Source of the DNA: Aplysia californica
Taxonomy: Eukaryota
Reading direction: 5' to 3'
Length of the DNA: 64,000 nucleotides
Assembly: GCF_000002075.1 (NCBI RefSeq)
Contig: NW_004798145.1
Coordinates: forward strand, 71,749 to 135,748
The notes below the pieces were generated by a model. It did no database searches, was not told where the DNA came from, and was given only the letters and a program-made list of their open reading frames with translations. Shown here in pieces: positions 62,629-64,000 of this stretch (the first letter of the stretch is position 1; the number at the start of each line of letters is the position of its first letter). A program made the translations under genes and the position numbers.

Positions 62629-63312
62629 CTGAACAAAAGTAGCTTGGTGTTAGTGAAGAGAAGCAAATCAGCACAATAACTGTCTTTTTCGTCTAGGTTT
62701 TTTAACTCACTCACGACGTCATTTTCTACCCTCCTGGATGTCAAAGGTGAAACGTCTCAATACAGCTATTTTTTTGCTATCCCATCCAAAGGGAGTAAAA
62801 GGGATGAGTAGAGTCAAATAGAGATGCATACTGCTCAGAGTGCAAAGGCCATATTTTCACAGATAAAGAGTACAACGACAGACACTCTAAAAAGAGAAAA
62901 CAAGAAGCAAACAACACAACAGTGCAAAGCACAGAGGAACAAGAAAATACAAATAAAAATAAAAATAAACAAAACATACAAACAAACAAAAAACAAACAA
63001 AAGACAATTGTATTTGATACTTGTTAAGAGTTTAGTTTTACAATGAGATACATACAGCCAGATACAAAATATCAGAAATCTAAATAGCAGCAGTGCCAAA
63101 TTTTTAAAAAGATCAATCTTTCTCTCTCTTGAAGACAAAAGCCAATTTCACAATTTTAATCCCCCCCCATGTCACCAACATGCTTGCTCAACACTACAGA
63201 TGTACCTTCATTCACTAAAACTGGACGAGAAGAAAGGGGAAAAAACAAACAAACAAAAAGAAAGGGGTCCATGTGGATTCTTTCCGCATCTAAGGGAAAC
63301 AAATTTACTAAC

Positions 63313-63524
63313 CTGTGTGACAACAGTAGTGCCCCCTGTGCCGGCCATTGCGGCCATGACGTCCGTCGAGAGGCCGGGCCGGGCCATGTCCTCCATCACA
63401 TCGGCCACAACGTCGGCGGCCACGGCAATGCTGTCGTTGCTCAGAGTCTCCAGGTAGTCCACGCCCTGCAGGCCCAGCTCCTCCGCCGACTCGCCCAGCA
63501 GCTGGACCTCCTCAAACATCTCGC
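63313..63524 (-). CDS. Penultimate coding exon of the same unidentified protein; gene continues beyond the right edge
   Basis: tag acceptor, EMFEEVQLLGESAEELGLQGVDYLETLSND...GTTVVTQ, donor CAG|GTTAGT; high GC3. Confidence 0.8.
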
Positions 63525-64000
63525 CTAAACAAACCCACACACAAAACACACTTTTGACACCTCCTCAAACATCTCGTCAAAACAATCCCATACACAAAAC
63601 ACACTTTTGACACCTCCTCAAACATCTCGCCTACACAAACCCATACACAAAACACACTTTTGACACCTCCTCAAATATCTCGCCTACACAAACCCATACA
63701 CAAAACACACTTTTGACACCTCCTCAAACATCTCGCCTGAACAAACCCATACACAAAACACACTTTTGACACCTCCTCAAACATCTTGCCTAACAAACCC
63801 ACGCACAAAACACACTTTTGACACTTATTTCTAATCCACTTCACGTAAACTAACCCACACACAAAACACACTTTTGGCCCCTTTTTCTATCCATTGCACT
63901 TGAACAAATGCACTCAAAACAGACTTTTGGCACTTTTTCTATCCACTTCACCTAGATAAATGCACATACAAAACACTTTTTGCACATTTTTCTATCCATT
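63506..64000. repeat. ~53-bp minisatellite overlapping an intron/exon boundary
   Basis: Six near-identical units (63506, 63559, 63612, 63665, 63718, 63771) of acctcctcaaacatctcgcctaaacaaacccacacacaaaacacacttttgac, then more diverged units to the window end. Confidence 0.92.

Overview
Eukaryotic, AT-rich, intron- and repeat-rich genomic DNA. The SINE/RTE/MITE content and gene architecture suggest an invertebrate, most likely a gastropod mollusc (inference). Two complete multi-exon genes sit head-to-head around a ~560 bp shared promoter: UVRAG (minus strand, 16 coding exons, 38868->13910, 774 aa) and cyclin C/CCNC (plus strand, 11 coding exons, 39427->52685, 293 aa with a Q-rich tail). The window edges hold the first coding exon of an unidentified secreted or membrane protein (minus, left) and the last two coding exons of an unidentified acidic protein (minus, right). 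Introns and intergenic DNA contain tRNA-derived SINEs, RTE-type LINE fragments, many TIR elements/MITEs, tandem repeats and six N gaps. The main observations are: a GT-AG U12-type (minor spliceosome) intron in UVRAG; a ~170-190 bp non-tRNA retroposon repeatedly inserted in sense orientation just upstream of 3' splice sites, once with a 20-bp TSD duplicating the branch-point region; a 53-bp minisatellite that multiplies a splice acceptor; and an M-box/CCAAT bidirectional promoter with uORFs on both leaders. No prokaryotic-type system (CRISPR etc.) is present. All exon coordinates were derived by hand from splice signals, phase continuity and recalled homology to the human proteins.
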